Shown here piece by piece: positions 18,369 through 28,195 of a stretch of 64,000 nucleotides of DNA. Location of the stretch: assembly GCA_048885925.1 (NCBI GenBank), contig JBHLLG010000002.1, forward strand, positions 38,923-102,922, written 5' to 3'. How positions within the stretch are numbered: position 1 is the first letter of the stretch; every line of letters starts with the position of its first letter. The DNA comes from Candidatus Hermodarchaeota archaeon. Its GTDB lineage: Archaea > Asgardarchaeota > Lokiarchaeia > Sigyniarchaeales > SOKP01. The translations under genes were made by a program, and so were the position numbers. The notes under the pieces are model-generated. The model was not told where the DNA came from, made no database searches, and saw only the letters and a list, made by a program, of their open reading frames with translations.

Positions 18369-19697
18369 TTGAGTGATTATTTTACTATTAGACTTTCAAT
18401 CACAGTAATGTTTATTTTTGCTGCTCTTGTTTTTACAGTGGTATGTTCTAAAAGACGTGATTTGATTTCTTGGCTTTTTGCTTATATAGCAGGTTCAATA
18501 TCAGAAATTTTTAGACTAATATCTCAAGAAGATTATGATGTTCCTTATCTAATAGGTCTTGTTTTTTCTACTCTCACCTTATTGTTGATAATTTTTGCAG
18601 TATCTCGGGAATATTATCAGACGTTTTACCAATCTCTAAAAACGCAAGCACCTTCTACTGTTTTATTATTAATTATGCAACAATTTGTGTCAATCAGCTT
18701 ACAAGTAATAATCGGGATCCTACTCTTTATAGCATTGTTTTTAATCTTAAGAATTTATTTGAAGAAGAAAACACCAACACATGCATTTTTATTTTTTATT
18801 TTAATTTGTGGCATTCTGAATTTAGTAGCTATTGCTTTAAGAGATGTGGGTATTAGTGGGGCAGAAGAATTTTACTTATTTTCTTCGATAGTAATGGGTA
18901 CAATTATGCTTTTGACTGGAATAGTTGCGCTAATTGAAGAAAGGTTAGTAAAATCTGAAAAGAAGCATCGGCTAGCATATAATAGAGCTGAATTTTATAA
19001 AGATTTGTTTGTTCATGATATTAATAATATTCTTCAAAATTTGCAATTTTCATTAGAAATTATTTCCCAAAACATTAAAATTTATGAGAATAAAGAAAAT
19101 CTTGATGAGTTAATTAATATTGCAAAAGGTCAAGTAATTAGAGGCGCAGAATTGGGTTTAAATGTGAAAAAACTTTCTGATTTAGAGATAGGAGCAATTA
19201 AAAATGAAGCAATAGAGCTTTTTAATATATTAGAATGCGTTATAAGTGAGACTAAGAAAAAGTTTCCTGAAGAAGAAATAGAGATTGAGATTGAAAGTAT
19301 AACAAATAAGATTTTTGTTTTTGCTAATATACTTTTAAAAGATATTTTTAGAATCATATTGAATAATGCTATAAAATATAATGAAAGTCCTGTTAAAGAA
19401 ATCCTCATAAGAATTTCTAAGGAGACGCGAGATTTCGGCTCTAATATAAAATTGGAATTTATTGACAATGGTGTTGGAATACCGGATGCTATGAAAAATG
19501 ATATACTTCAGCCCGTCTATAAGAATATAAAAGATTTTAAGAGAATTGGATTAGGTTTACTTCTTGTGAATGAAGTAATTAATAGTTTTTCTGGTAAAAT
19601 TTGGGTAGAAGATAAAGTTATAGGTGATTATACAAAAGGTAGTAATATTGTTCTCTTAATCCCTGAAGCTTATGGAATATTAGATGTAGAAAGGTAA
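18369..19697 (+). CDS. Membrane sensor histidine kinase
   Basis: About 6 N-terminal TM helices. H-box FVHDINNILQ, N-box LNNAIKYN, G1 DNGVGIP, G2 GLGLLLV. No adjacent response regulator. TTG start. Confidence 0.8.
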   Translation: MSDYFTIRLSITVMFIFAALVFTVVCSKRRDLISWLFAYIAGSISEIFRLISQEDYDVPYLIGLVFSTLTLLLIIFAVSREYYQTFYQSLKTQAPSTVLLLIMQQFVSISLQVIIGILLFIALFLILRIYLKKKTPTHAFLFFILICGILNLVAIALRDVGISGAEEFYLFSSIVMGTIMLLTGIVALIEERLVKSEKKHRLAYNRAEFYKDLFVHDINNILQNLQFSLEIISQNIKIYENKENLDELINIAKGQVIRGAELGLNVKKLSDLEIGAIKNEAIELFNILECVISETKKKFPEEEIEIEIESITNKIFVFANILLKDIFRIILNNAIKYNESPVKEILIRISKETRDFGSNIKLEFIDNGVGIPDAMKNDILQPVYKNIKDFKRIGLGLLLVNEVINSFSGKIWVEDKVIGDYTKGSNIVLLIPEAYGILDVER

Positions 19698-21164
19698 TAT
19701 CATATTTTTTAGAACATATACTGCCTTTCTCCCGGATGATGTATGAGTTTTAAATGATATTGAAATATTTATAAATTGCAAATTATCAGCGATTCTATCT
19801 TTTATAAAATGCTTAATAAAATTCAAAAAATCAGTAAATTCTCTAGTGGTTTCTACCCAAAGGTAACCTTGTTTTTCAAAAAAATTTGGATTTTTCCTTT
19901 TAAAATTATCAACATGTTTTCTTTCTGTTAGAGGTGGTCCTTTACGAATATATGTTTGTGAGATTTGAGGGTGTTCACAATAAATTACTAAAGAATATAC
20001 ATTCTTTTCATTTTCAAAATAGACTTCGAATATAATTTTACCAAAGCGTTCTATATGAGAAAATTCTTTTTCTCCATTGGTTTTAATGCTTTCTCCTAAT
20101 GAATACAATTTATCTCTATTAATTGTGTAATGTATTTCCTTACTGGTAGTTTGCAATTCGACAATAAAGATATGTGAAAGGAGGGGGTCTTCCTTATAAG
20201 ATAAAATTACTTCTGGAATAGGGAGAATTTTAAAAAATTCTATAGCAGGTTTTTTTAAAAATTCGCTAATTTGATAATTACAAAATTTATAAGCTCTTTC
20301 AGAAATTGCCGAAGCAACATTACGATTTTTATCAATTGGATCAATGATAATGAGATAATCATCTTGAAAATGTAGAATTTTCTTTAATTCTGATTCATTT
20401 CTCTGGTAAAAATCCAGAGGCTTTTTCTCTAAATTATGAAAATTTGTAAAAAGCTTTTGAATATTACCAAAATAGTAGATCAATAGTTCAGCACTATAGC
20501 CAATAAAGCCTACTTTTCCAACTGCACTTGTATCACCATAACTGTGACAAGATTTAAAAAACTGTTTTAAAAGTCTTACATCATCTTTTTGTTTATAGGT
20601 TAATTCATCTCTTATGAATCGTCCATGCCAAGGAGACCTATCGACTGCTGTTATTGGTCCGTTCTTTTCTATGAATTTTTTATCTAAATCAAAATATAAG
20701 ACAATATCGATTTTAATTTTAATTCTATCGACAATATAATCAACTGTTACATAAGGATGTTCAGCATATAAAAGGCGAGGATTAGAAAATTCTTTTAAAG
20801 TCAATGATTTAAGAATCCAATTTTTACATAAATCCAAAAAGTCTTTTTTCGATTCTTTCTTTAACTTACTTTTACTTAAACCTTCATATTTTGACTTATA
20901 TAAGTTATAATCTAAACCGATAAATAAATCGATATCAAAATCATTTTTTAACTGAGTTTTTTTAATTCCAGTTGATCCCTGTGGTTCAATTTTAGTATAG
21001 CTTATTTTTTTTTCTTTAGCCTTTTTATCTAGTAATAATTCCAATCGTGTTGTAATGTCATTGATTAGATTAATTTCTTGTGTTGTTGGTTTAATTTCCT
21101 TCAATACTTCAGTTAAAATATGGTCTATATTGGTCATAAATAAATAATAAAAACTTTTTTTCAA
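19680..21164 (-). CDS. cca: Archaeal class I CCA-adding tRNA nucleotidyltransferase
   Basis: GSTGIKKTQLKNDFDIDLFIGL matches the GSxxxGTxLxxxxDIDLF catalytic motif. The track start at 21164 is TTG, and the ATG at 21137 (MTNIDHIL) is more likely. The 3' end overlaps the convergent kinase by 18 nt. Confidence 0.8.
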   Translation of the reverse strand: MKKSFYYLFMTNIDHILTEVLKEIKPTTQEINLINDITTRLELLLDKKAKEKKISYTKIEPQGSTGIKKTQLKNDFDIDLFIGLDYNLYKSKYEGLSKSKLKKESKKDFLDLCKNWILKSLTLKEFSNPRLLYAEHPYVTVDYIVDRIKIKIDIVLYFDLDKKFIEKNGPITAVDRSPWHGRFIRDELTYKQKDDVRLLKQFFKSCHSYGDTSAVGKVGFIGYSAELLIYYFGNIQKLFTNFHNLEKKPLDFYQRNESELKKILHFQDDYLIIIDPIDKNRNVASAISERAYKFCNYQISEFLKKPAIEFFKILPIPEVILSYKEDPLLSHIFIVELQTTSKEIHYTINRDKLYSLGESIKTNGEKEFSHIERFGKIIFEVYFENEKNVYSLVIYCEHPQISQTYIRKGPPLTERKHVDNFKRKNPNFFEKQGYLWVETTREFTDFLNFIKHFIKDRIADNLQFINISISFKTHTSSGRKAVYVLKNMILPFYI

Positions 21165-21214
21165 AATCTCATAAAATTTTTAATGTTTCAATGTAATAAA
21201 ATAACACTTTTTGA

Positions 21215-23020
21215 TCAAAATCCCCACCAAGGATGAATTGCTTTTCGCATTAAAGTCACATACTCTCTTAAAGCTTGTTTTTGATCAGTGGTTAATTCAT
21301 TAACAAACTTTCCCATTAGCTGCCTCACGTGAGATTCGGGAATACTTACATAGAAAGTTTCATCTTTTCCTATATCCCGTCCGATTTCAATTCCTCGAAT
21401 TGAAATTGCGACTTCTGAATCTTTGGATGCTTTTTCTAATGTTTGACCTTTATCTTGAATTTGATGAACTCTTCTTACTCTTTTTCCTTTATCATTTATT
21501 AAGGGTACCTTTGGAAATAAAGTCCCAGCCTCAATATGAACTCCAAATACTGCAGGATCTGAATTTCTAAATATAAAATCTGGAAGCATTTTTACTTTTG
21601 CAGGTAAGATTAGTTCACTTAACCCTTTGGCTGTATCTTCTGCCTTTCTAGTTTCAGCGTATTCAATATAATCTTCTAATAATCGATAAATAACATCATT
21701 AGTAAATATTCTAATATTATCAATAGTCGCTTGTTCTTTAGCTTCAGGTAATATTTCAACATTGAATCCTAAAACAGCAGCGGAATAAGGATCTAACTGT
21801 CTAACAATATATGCATTAATGATATCTTCTTTCTTTATTGGTCCTACATCAGCAACACTGATTTTTACACCACTTTTCGTAAAGTGATTTTCTAATGCTT
21901 CAAGTGAACCCAAAGTATCTGCTTTTAAAACTACTCCTGCTTTATCAGTTTTTATCCTAATACTTTCAACTTCCGATTCAATTTGATTATATACAATTTC
22001 TTCTTCAGAATGGTCTTTTATGCTTCTAAATGGAGACCCTGCAACAACATCATCAATATTTGGAGCAAGGATTTTAATACCTACTGCAGCACTTACCATC
22101 TCAACTGAGTCAAATCTTTGTCTAGGATCCCTGATTTCATCTAATGGTTTAGGAAGTAGTAAGGCTCTCACTTTTGACTTAATAGGTTTTTCTAATCCTC
22201 CAACTATGAATTCATCACCTTTGTTAATAATCCCATCGTAAATAAGAACATCCATAGTTTTCCCCTGGCCCTTTTCTTTTTTGACTTCTAAAACAACACC
22301 TTTAGCTGCTCCTTCAGAAAATTTTAGATTCTTGGTTAAGTATTGTTGAACTAAGCCCATTAAAATCAATAGGAGGGTTGATATTCCTTCGCCTGTTTTA
22401 CCACTTGTGGGTACAATAGCAATCTTTTTGGTAAAATCTTTAATCTTATCATACCGATCAATACCTTTAAATCCTTCTTCTAAAAAATTACCCATTATCT
22501 GTAAAACTTTTTCATCTAAGAAATCTTTAACATGAGGTTTTTGAGAATTATAAGAATCTAGAAAATCAGCATCTTTTTTTGATTTCCATCCAGAAAGTCT
22601 ATCTATTTTATTAGCAGCAATGATAAAAGGTGTTTTTCTTTCTCTTAAAATTCTAACAGATTCCCATGTAATAGGCATCGTTCCAGCAGTGACATCAATG
22701 ACCAAAATAGCAATGTCGGCAACTGCTCCACCTCTTTTTCGAAGATTAAGAAAAGCAGCATGACCTGGAGTATCAATAACTAAAATACCTGGAAGTTTAA
22801 GTTCTTTTTCAGCAAATTCTTGTTTAGATTTTCTTAAAAATTCCCTTATATCATTGGTTGGAAAATAAGATGCACCTATATGTTGCGTGATTCCAGCAGC
22901 TTCTCTTTGTTGAACGACTGTACCTCTGATATAATCTAATATAGTTGTCTTTCCATGGTCTATATGGCCAAGAATGCAAACAATTGGAGCTCTGATTATC
23001 TTATTTTCACTTTCAGTCAT
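21215..23020 (-). CDS. infB: Translation initiation factor aIF5B (IF2-type GTPase)
   Basis: IRAPIVCILGHIDHGKTTILD, DTPGH, ANKIDR; 601 aa, a typical length. Confidence 0.9.
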   Translation of the reverse strand: MTESENKIIRAPIVCILGHIDHGKTTILDYIRGTVVQQREAAGITQHIGASYFPTNDIREFLRKSKQEFAEKELKLPGILVIDTPGHAAFLNLRKRGGAVADIAILVIDVTAGTMPITWESVRILRERKTPFIIAANKIDRLSGWKSKKDADFLDSYNSQKPHVKDFLDEKVLQIMGNFLEEGFKGIDRYDKIKDFTKKIAIVPTSGKTGEGISTLLLILMGLVQQYLTKNLKFSEGAAKGVVLEVKKEKGQGKTMDVLIYDGIINKGDEFIVGGLEKPIKSKVRALLLPKPLDEIRDPRQRFDSVEMVSAAVGIKILAPNIDDVVAGSPFRSIKDHSEEEIVYNQIESEVESIRIKTDKAGVVLKADTLGSLEALENHFTKSGVKISVADVGPIKKEDIINAYIVRQLDPYSAAVLGFNVEILPEAKEQATIDNIRIFTNDVIYRLLEDYIEYAETRKAEDTAKGLSELILPAKVKMLPDFIFRNSDPAVFGVHIEAGTLFPKVPLINDKGKRVRRVHQIQDKGQTLEKASKDSEVAISIRGIEIGRDIGKDETFYVSIPESHVRQLMGKFVNELTTDQKQALREYVTLMRKAIHPWWGF

Positions 23021-23144
23021 ATTTTATCACGAATCTCATTAATAATTTCAAAATATTTTTACTAATACTTATAATATAAAAATATTTAATATACGTTTAG
23101 AAGTTTATTCTGTAATTTTGGAAATAATGAGTGAAAAGTGATAA

Positions 23145-26018
23145 TTATTTAGTATTAAGATATTTGCCTAAATACTGCCCAGTAAAAGAATTATGTTCTT
23201 TAATAATTTCTTCAGGAGTTCCAATTGTTACGATATTACCGCCTTTTTCTCCTCCTTCAGGTCCAAGATCGATAATATAATCAACAGATTTTATAATATC
23301 CATATTATGTTCAATAATAATTACAGTATTACCTTTATCAACTAACTTTTGAAGAACCTTTAGTAAAAAATTAATATCATAGGATGATAATCCTGTTGTA
23401 GGCTCATCTAAGATATAAAGTGTGTTTCCCGTACTTGTTTTTCTCAATTCTCTTGCAATTTTTAATCGTTGTGATTCTCCTCCACTTAAAGTAGTCGAGG
23501 ATTGACCTAATTCTAAATAACCCAACCCTACATCTACTACAGTTTTAATAGTTCTTTTTAATTTTGGAAAACTATCAAAAAATTCTAAGGCTTGATGAAA
23601 AGTCATTTTTAGAACATCGTAGATTGATTTTTCACGATATTTAATCTCCAGTGTTTCAGAATTATATCTTTTTCCTTTACATAAATCGCATTTTATATAA
23701 ACATCTGGTAAGAAATACATTTCTTTAAGAATATAACCAGTTCCTTTACATTTCTTACAGTGACCTGATGTTGTATTAAAGCTAAACCTTCCCTTTTTAT
23801 ATCCTCTCTCTCTTGATTCAGGTAATCCTGCAAAAATTTCTCTAATATAGTCTAAAGCTTTCGTATAAGTAGCAGGGACCGATCTGGGAGTTCTTCCAAT
23901 TGGAGATTGATCAATATTTATAATTTTATCTATCTTCTCAAAACCATTAATCGAACCAAACTTCCCTTCTTTAACTTGTGAACTTCGAATATTTACTAAA
24001 TTATGAAGACCTTTATATAAACAATCAATAATCAAACTAGTTTTGCCAGCACCAGATACTCCTGTTATACAAGTAAAAACTCCTAATGGAATTTTTACAT
24101 CGATATTTTTTAAATTATTCTCTTCTGCTCCTTTAATTTCGATAAAATCTCCATTGATTTTTCTTCTACTTTTTGGGATTTTAATTTTTTTTTTTCCTGA
24201 TAAATATTCTCCTGTTAATGTATTCGAATTGAGAATAATTTCTATTGGACCTTCAGCTACTATTTCTCCTCCTCGTTCTCCTGCTAATGGTCCTAAATCA
24301 ATAATATGATCTGCATTACGCATTATTGCTTCATCATGTTCTACCACTATAACAGTATTTCCCAAATCTCTTAATTTTTTTAACATATTTACAAGGCGAT
24401 TGATATCTCTTTGATGTAGACCTATACTGGGTTCATCCAAAACATATAAAACGCCTACTAAACTAGAACCTAATTGTGTAGCTAATCTAATCCTTTCTGC
24501 TTCTCCGACTGATAATGTATCTGAACGACGATTTAATGAAATATAATCTAATCCAACATTTTCAAGGAAAGATAACCGATTTAATATCTCTTTTAAGACT
24601 TCTTTTACTATTGTCTTTTCTAACTCACTTAATTGTAATTCTTGAAAATATTTTAAGGAATCTTTAACAGATAAAGATGAGAGTTCAGCAATATTAAGAT
24701 TGTTTATTGTTACCGCTAAACTTTCTGGTTTTAATCGCTTTCCATTACATTGAGGACAATCTATTCGATTCATAAAACTTTCATAAATTTCACGAGCCCA
24801 TTCTGAACGAGTTTCCATATACCTTCTATGCAATAATGGAATTATTCCCTCAAAAGGTCGTACTACTTGCCAAGATGATCTAAATTCACCATTATAATTA
24901 TTAATTTCATTACTATCACTTTTAAAATGGAATTCAATTGATTCATTTTCAGTTCCATAAAGAATTTTATGGAGATATTTTGGATCAATATCTTTAATTG
25001 GAGTTTTATTTGTATTGAATCCATAATGCTTTGCTACTTGAATTATAGTTTGCCAAGAATATCCATTTTCCGATCCAAATCCAGGAATATCTCTAATAGG
25101 AGTTTCTTCTAATGGAACTTCCAAATCATTTCCTAGAAGTAAACCATAATCAAATTCCATTACAGTACCTAATCCACTACAATATTTACAGCTACCGTGA
25201 GGGATGTTAAAAGAGAACATTTTATGATCTAATGGAGGAAATGATATTTCACAATCAATACAAGCAAGATGTTCTGAATAGATTTGTTCTTCTTTTCCAA
25301 GAACTTCTACAATAACTAAGCCATCTGTTAAATTTAGAGCATTTTCAATGGAATCAGCTAATCTAGTCTTTATATCTTTCCGCATCACTAATCTATCAAC
25401 AACAACATTAATAGTGTGTTTTACATTCTTTTCCATGGAGATATCTTCATCTAAGGTATATTGAATTCCGTCAATTTCAACCCTGACATATCCTTGTTTT
25501 TTTAAATCTTGTAAGAGTTCCTTATATTCACCTTTTCTATCTCTAATAACTGGAGCTTTAATTATAAATTTTTGATTTTCATTAATGTAATTTAAAATTT
25601 GCTGAATAATTTGCTGGGGAGTTTGTGGATTTATTTCCTTTCCACAATTGGGACAATGTGGGATCCCTATATTTGCAAAAAGTAATCTATAATAATCATA
25701 TATTTCAGTTACAGTACCTACTGTACTTCTCGGATTTTTTGAGAGAGGTTTTTGCTCAATTGCAATTGCTGGAGATAATCCTTCTATTGAATCTACATCA
25801 GGTTTATCCATTTCTCCTAAGAATTGTCTTGCATAACTAGATAACGATTCTAAAAATCTTCGTTGGCCTTCTGCATACAGAGTATCCATTGCTAAGCTAC
25901 TTTTCCCACTCCCACTTATTCCTGTAATAACTACTATCTTATTACGTGGGATAATAACGTTGATATTTTTAAGGTTGTTCTGCCTTGCTCCTTTAATAAT
26001 AATTGAATTTTCATACAT
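23145..26018 (-). CDS. uvrA: Excinuclease ABC subunit A
   Basis: Two ABC modules (GISGSGKSS and GVSGAGKTS Walker A; LSGGE signatures), zinc-finger Cys pairs, 957 aa. Confidence 0.95.
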   Translation of the reverse strand: MYENSIIIKGARQNNLKNINVIIPRNKIVVITGISGSGKSSLAMDTLYAEGQRRFLESLSSYARQFLGEMDKPDVDSIEGLSPAIAIEQKPLSKNPRSTVGTVTEIYDYYRLLFANIGIPHCPNCGKEINPQTPQQIIQQILNYINENQKFIIKAPVIRDRKGEYKELLQDLKKQGYVRVEIDGIQYTLDEDISMEKNVKHTINVVVDRLVMRKDIKTRLADSIENALNLTDGLVIVEVLGKEEQIYSEHLACIDCEISFPPLDHKMFSFNIPHGSCKYCSGLGTVMEFDYGLLLGNDLEVPLEETPIRDIPGFGSENGYSWQTIIQVAKHYGFNTNKTPIKDIDPKYLHKILYGTENESIEFHFKSDSNEINNYNGEFRSSWQVVRPFEGIIPLLHRRYMETRSEWAREIYESFMNRIDCPQCNGKRLKPESLAVTINNLNIAELSSLSVKDSLKYFQELQLSELEKTIVKEVLKEILNRLSFLENVGLDYISLNRRSDTLSVGEAERIRLATQLGSSLVGVLYVLDEPSIGLHQRDINRLVNMLKKLRDLGNTVIVVEHDEAIMRNADHIIDLGPLAGERGGEIVAEGPIEIILNSNTLTGEYLSGKKKIKIPKSRRKINGDFIEIKGAEENNLKNIDVKIPLGVFTCITGVSGAGKTSLIIDCLYKGLHNLVNIRSSQVKEGKFGSINGFEKIDKIINIDQSPIGRTPRSVPATYTKALDYIREIFAGLPESRERGYKKGRFSFNTTSGHCKKCKGTGYILKEMYFLPDVYIKCDLCKGKRYNSETLEIKYREKSIYDVLKMTFHQALEFFDSFPKLKRTIKTVVDVGLGYLELGQSSTTLSGGESQRLKIARELRKTSTGNTLYILDEPTTGLSSYDINFLLKVLQKLVDKGNTVIIIEHNMDIIKSVDYIIDLGPEGGEKGGNIVTIGTPEEIIKEHNSFTGQYLGKYLNTK

Positions 26019-26056
26019 TTTTTCTCTGAAATAAGTTTTATACTAAGATAGAGATT

Positions 26057-28063
26057 TTAGATCTCTATCTGATATTCCTTCTTTATATCCATAATTTTAT
26101 CTCGCAAATAAGCTGCATCTTCAAATCTTAATTCCTTCGCTGCCATAAACATTTTATTTTCAAGGTATTGAATTAAAATATCAATATCTCCTTCTTTTTC
26201 TAACTCTTTTATTTTAATTTGAAGATTCTTTTTCAATCTTTTAACTTCTTTTTCTCTTAACTCTTGCTCTTCGGATAGTGATTCTAAGATATTCTTTTTT
26301 ATTGTTTGAGGTGTTACGTTGTGTTTTTTATTATAGGCAATCTGTTTTTCTCTTCTTCTATTTGTTTCTTCTATTGCAGCTTTCATCGCAGGTGATATTT
26401 TTTCAGCATATAAAATAGCCTTTCCCTCCACATTTCTTGAAGCTCTTCCAATAGTTTGAATTAAGGATCTAGTGTCCCTTAAAAAGCCTAATTTATCCGC
26501 ATCTAAAATTGCAACTAATTTCACTTCAGGTAAATCTAATCCTTCTCTTAATAAATTAATTCCAACAATGGCGTCGAACGTACCATTTCTTAGTTGCCTT
26601 AAAATATCAAAACGCTCAACGGTATCTACTTCTGAATGCAGATAAGCAATTTTTATACCTAATTCTGAATAATACTCTGCAATATCTTCTGACATTCGTT
26701 TAGTTAAAGTTGTTATAAGTGCTCTTCCTTCATTTTTGATGATATTTCGAAGCTCACCTAATAAATCATCAATTTGATTTTTAGCAGGTCGCACTTCAAC
26801 TTGTGGATCTACTAATCCTGTCGGTCGAATAATCTGTTCCGCTGAAATACCTCCAGCTTTTCTCAATTCCCAATCACCAGGAGTCGCGCTCATAAAGATT
26901 ATGTTTTTAATTTTAGATTCCCATTCTTCAAATGTTAAAGGTCTATTATCAAAAGCGCTTGGGAGTCGCCAACCATATTCAACGAGATTTTCTTTACGAG
27001 ATCTATCTCCCCCAATCATACCATGAATTTGAGGAATCGTTATATGACTCTCATCTACAACTATTAAAAAATCATCAGGGAAATAATCAATTAAGCACAT
27101 AGGAGGAGTTCCCGGTAGACGCCCATCTAAATGCCTAGAATAATTTTCTATTCCCTTACACCATCCTAATTCTCTCATCATTTCGAGGTCAAACTTAACT
27201 CTTTTTTCTATCCATTGAGCTTCAGGATATCTCTTTTCATCCATAAATTTCTTTATTTGTTGTTCTAACTCAAGCTCAATCGATTCTAATGCTTTCATCT
27301 TATTCTCTTCAGGGATAATAAAATGTGTAGCGGGAAATATTCTACAGTTAGTTAAATCTTGTATAATATCATTTGATATAGGATGAATCTCTTGTATTGA
27401 TTCAATTTCATCTCCAAAAAGCGAGACACGAAGGGCAGTATTTAGATAAGCAGGAAAAATGTCAATTATATCACCTCTTACTCTCACTATTCCTGGTCTA
27501 AATTCTATATCCTTTCGTTCGTAATTCATTCTAATAAGCCCCTTAATGATTTCCCCTCGTTTAACTGTCTCTCCAACATTTAAATTGATTGAAACTTTTT
27601 CCCATTCTTCAGGTGAACCTATACCATAAATACATGATACAGTTGCAACTATGATAACATCATGTCTTGTTCTAATTGCATGAGTCGCAGCGAGTCTTAA
27701 TCGTTCAATTTCTTCATTAACACTAAAATCTTTCTCGATATATTGAGCTGTAATCGGTAGATATGCCTCGGGTTGATAGTAGTCATAGTAACTCACGAAA
27801 TAATGGACAGCATTTTCTGGAAATAACTCTTTTAATTCATTATATAACTGTGCTGCTAATGTTTTGTTTGGTGCCATCACTAAAGTAGGTTTTTGAATTT
27901 CTTGAATTATATTTGCAATAGTAAATGTTTTACCTGTACCAGTAGCTCCTAATAATGTTTGGAATCGTTTTCCTTTAGAAATATTATCAGCTAGAGCACT
28001 TATAGCTTCGGGTTGATCCCCTGCTGGAACAAATTGAGATTCTAACTTAAATCTAGCTATCAT
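26057..28063 (-). CDS. uvrB: Excinuclease ABC subunit B
   Basis: GATGTGKTF helicase motif I, DESH box, and a C-terminal UVR domain (ELRFEDAAYLRD). Confidence 0.95.
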   Translation of the reverse strand: MIARFKLESQFVPAGDQPEAISALADNISKGKRFQTLLGATGTGKTFTIANIIQEIQKPTLVMAPNKTLAAQLYNELKELFPENAVHYFVSYYDYYQPEAYLPITAQYIEKDFSVNEEIERLRLAATHAIRTRHDVIIVATVSCIYGIGSPEEWEKVSINLNVGETVKRGEIIKGLIRMNYERKDIEFRPGIVRVRGDIIDIFPAYLNTALRVSLFGDEIESIQEIHPISNDIIQDLTNCRIFPATHFIIPEENKMKALESIELELEQQIKKFMDEKRYPEAQWIEKRVKFDLEMMRELGWCKGIENYSRHLDGRLPGTPPMCLIDYFPDDFLIVVDESHITIPQIHGMIGGDRSRKENLVEYGWRLPSAFDNRPLTFEEWESKIKNIIFMSATPGDWELRKAGGISAEQIIRPTGLVDPQVEVRPAKNQIDDLLGELRNIIKNEGRALITTLTKRMSEDIAEYYSELGIKIAYLHSEVDTVERFDILRQLRNGTFDAIVGINLLREGLDLPEVKLVAILDADKLGFLRDTRSLIQTIGRASRNVEGKAILYAEKISPAMKAAIEETNRRREKQIAYNKKHNVTPQTIKKNILESLSEEQELREKEVKRLKKNLQIKIKELEKEGDIDILIQYLENKMFMAAKELRFEDAAYLRDKIMDIKKEYQIEI

Positions 28064-28195
28064 AAATATAGAATAATTAATTAAAATACTAATTTAACAT
28101 AAAAATAAAGTTAATATATTAAAGATAAGACTTATGATATTCTAATGTATCATAACTTAAGATTTTTATTAATTCATAAATAAAAATTTAAAGAA

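Noticed and set aside
19130-25840. Antisense ORFs 19130..19468, 22020..22241, 24043..24309 and 25625..25840
   Set aside because: Each lies inside a strongly supported gene on the other strand (histidine kinase, aIF5B, uvrA) and has no motif of its own.
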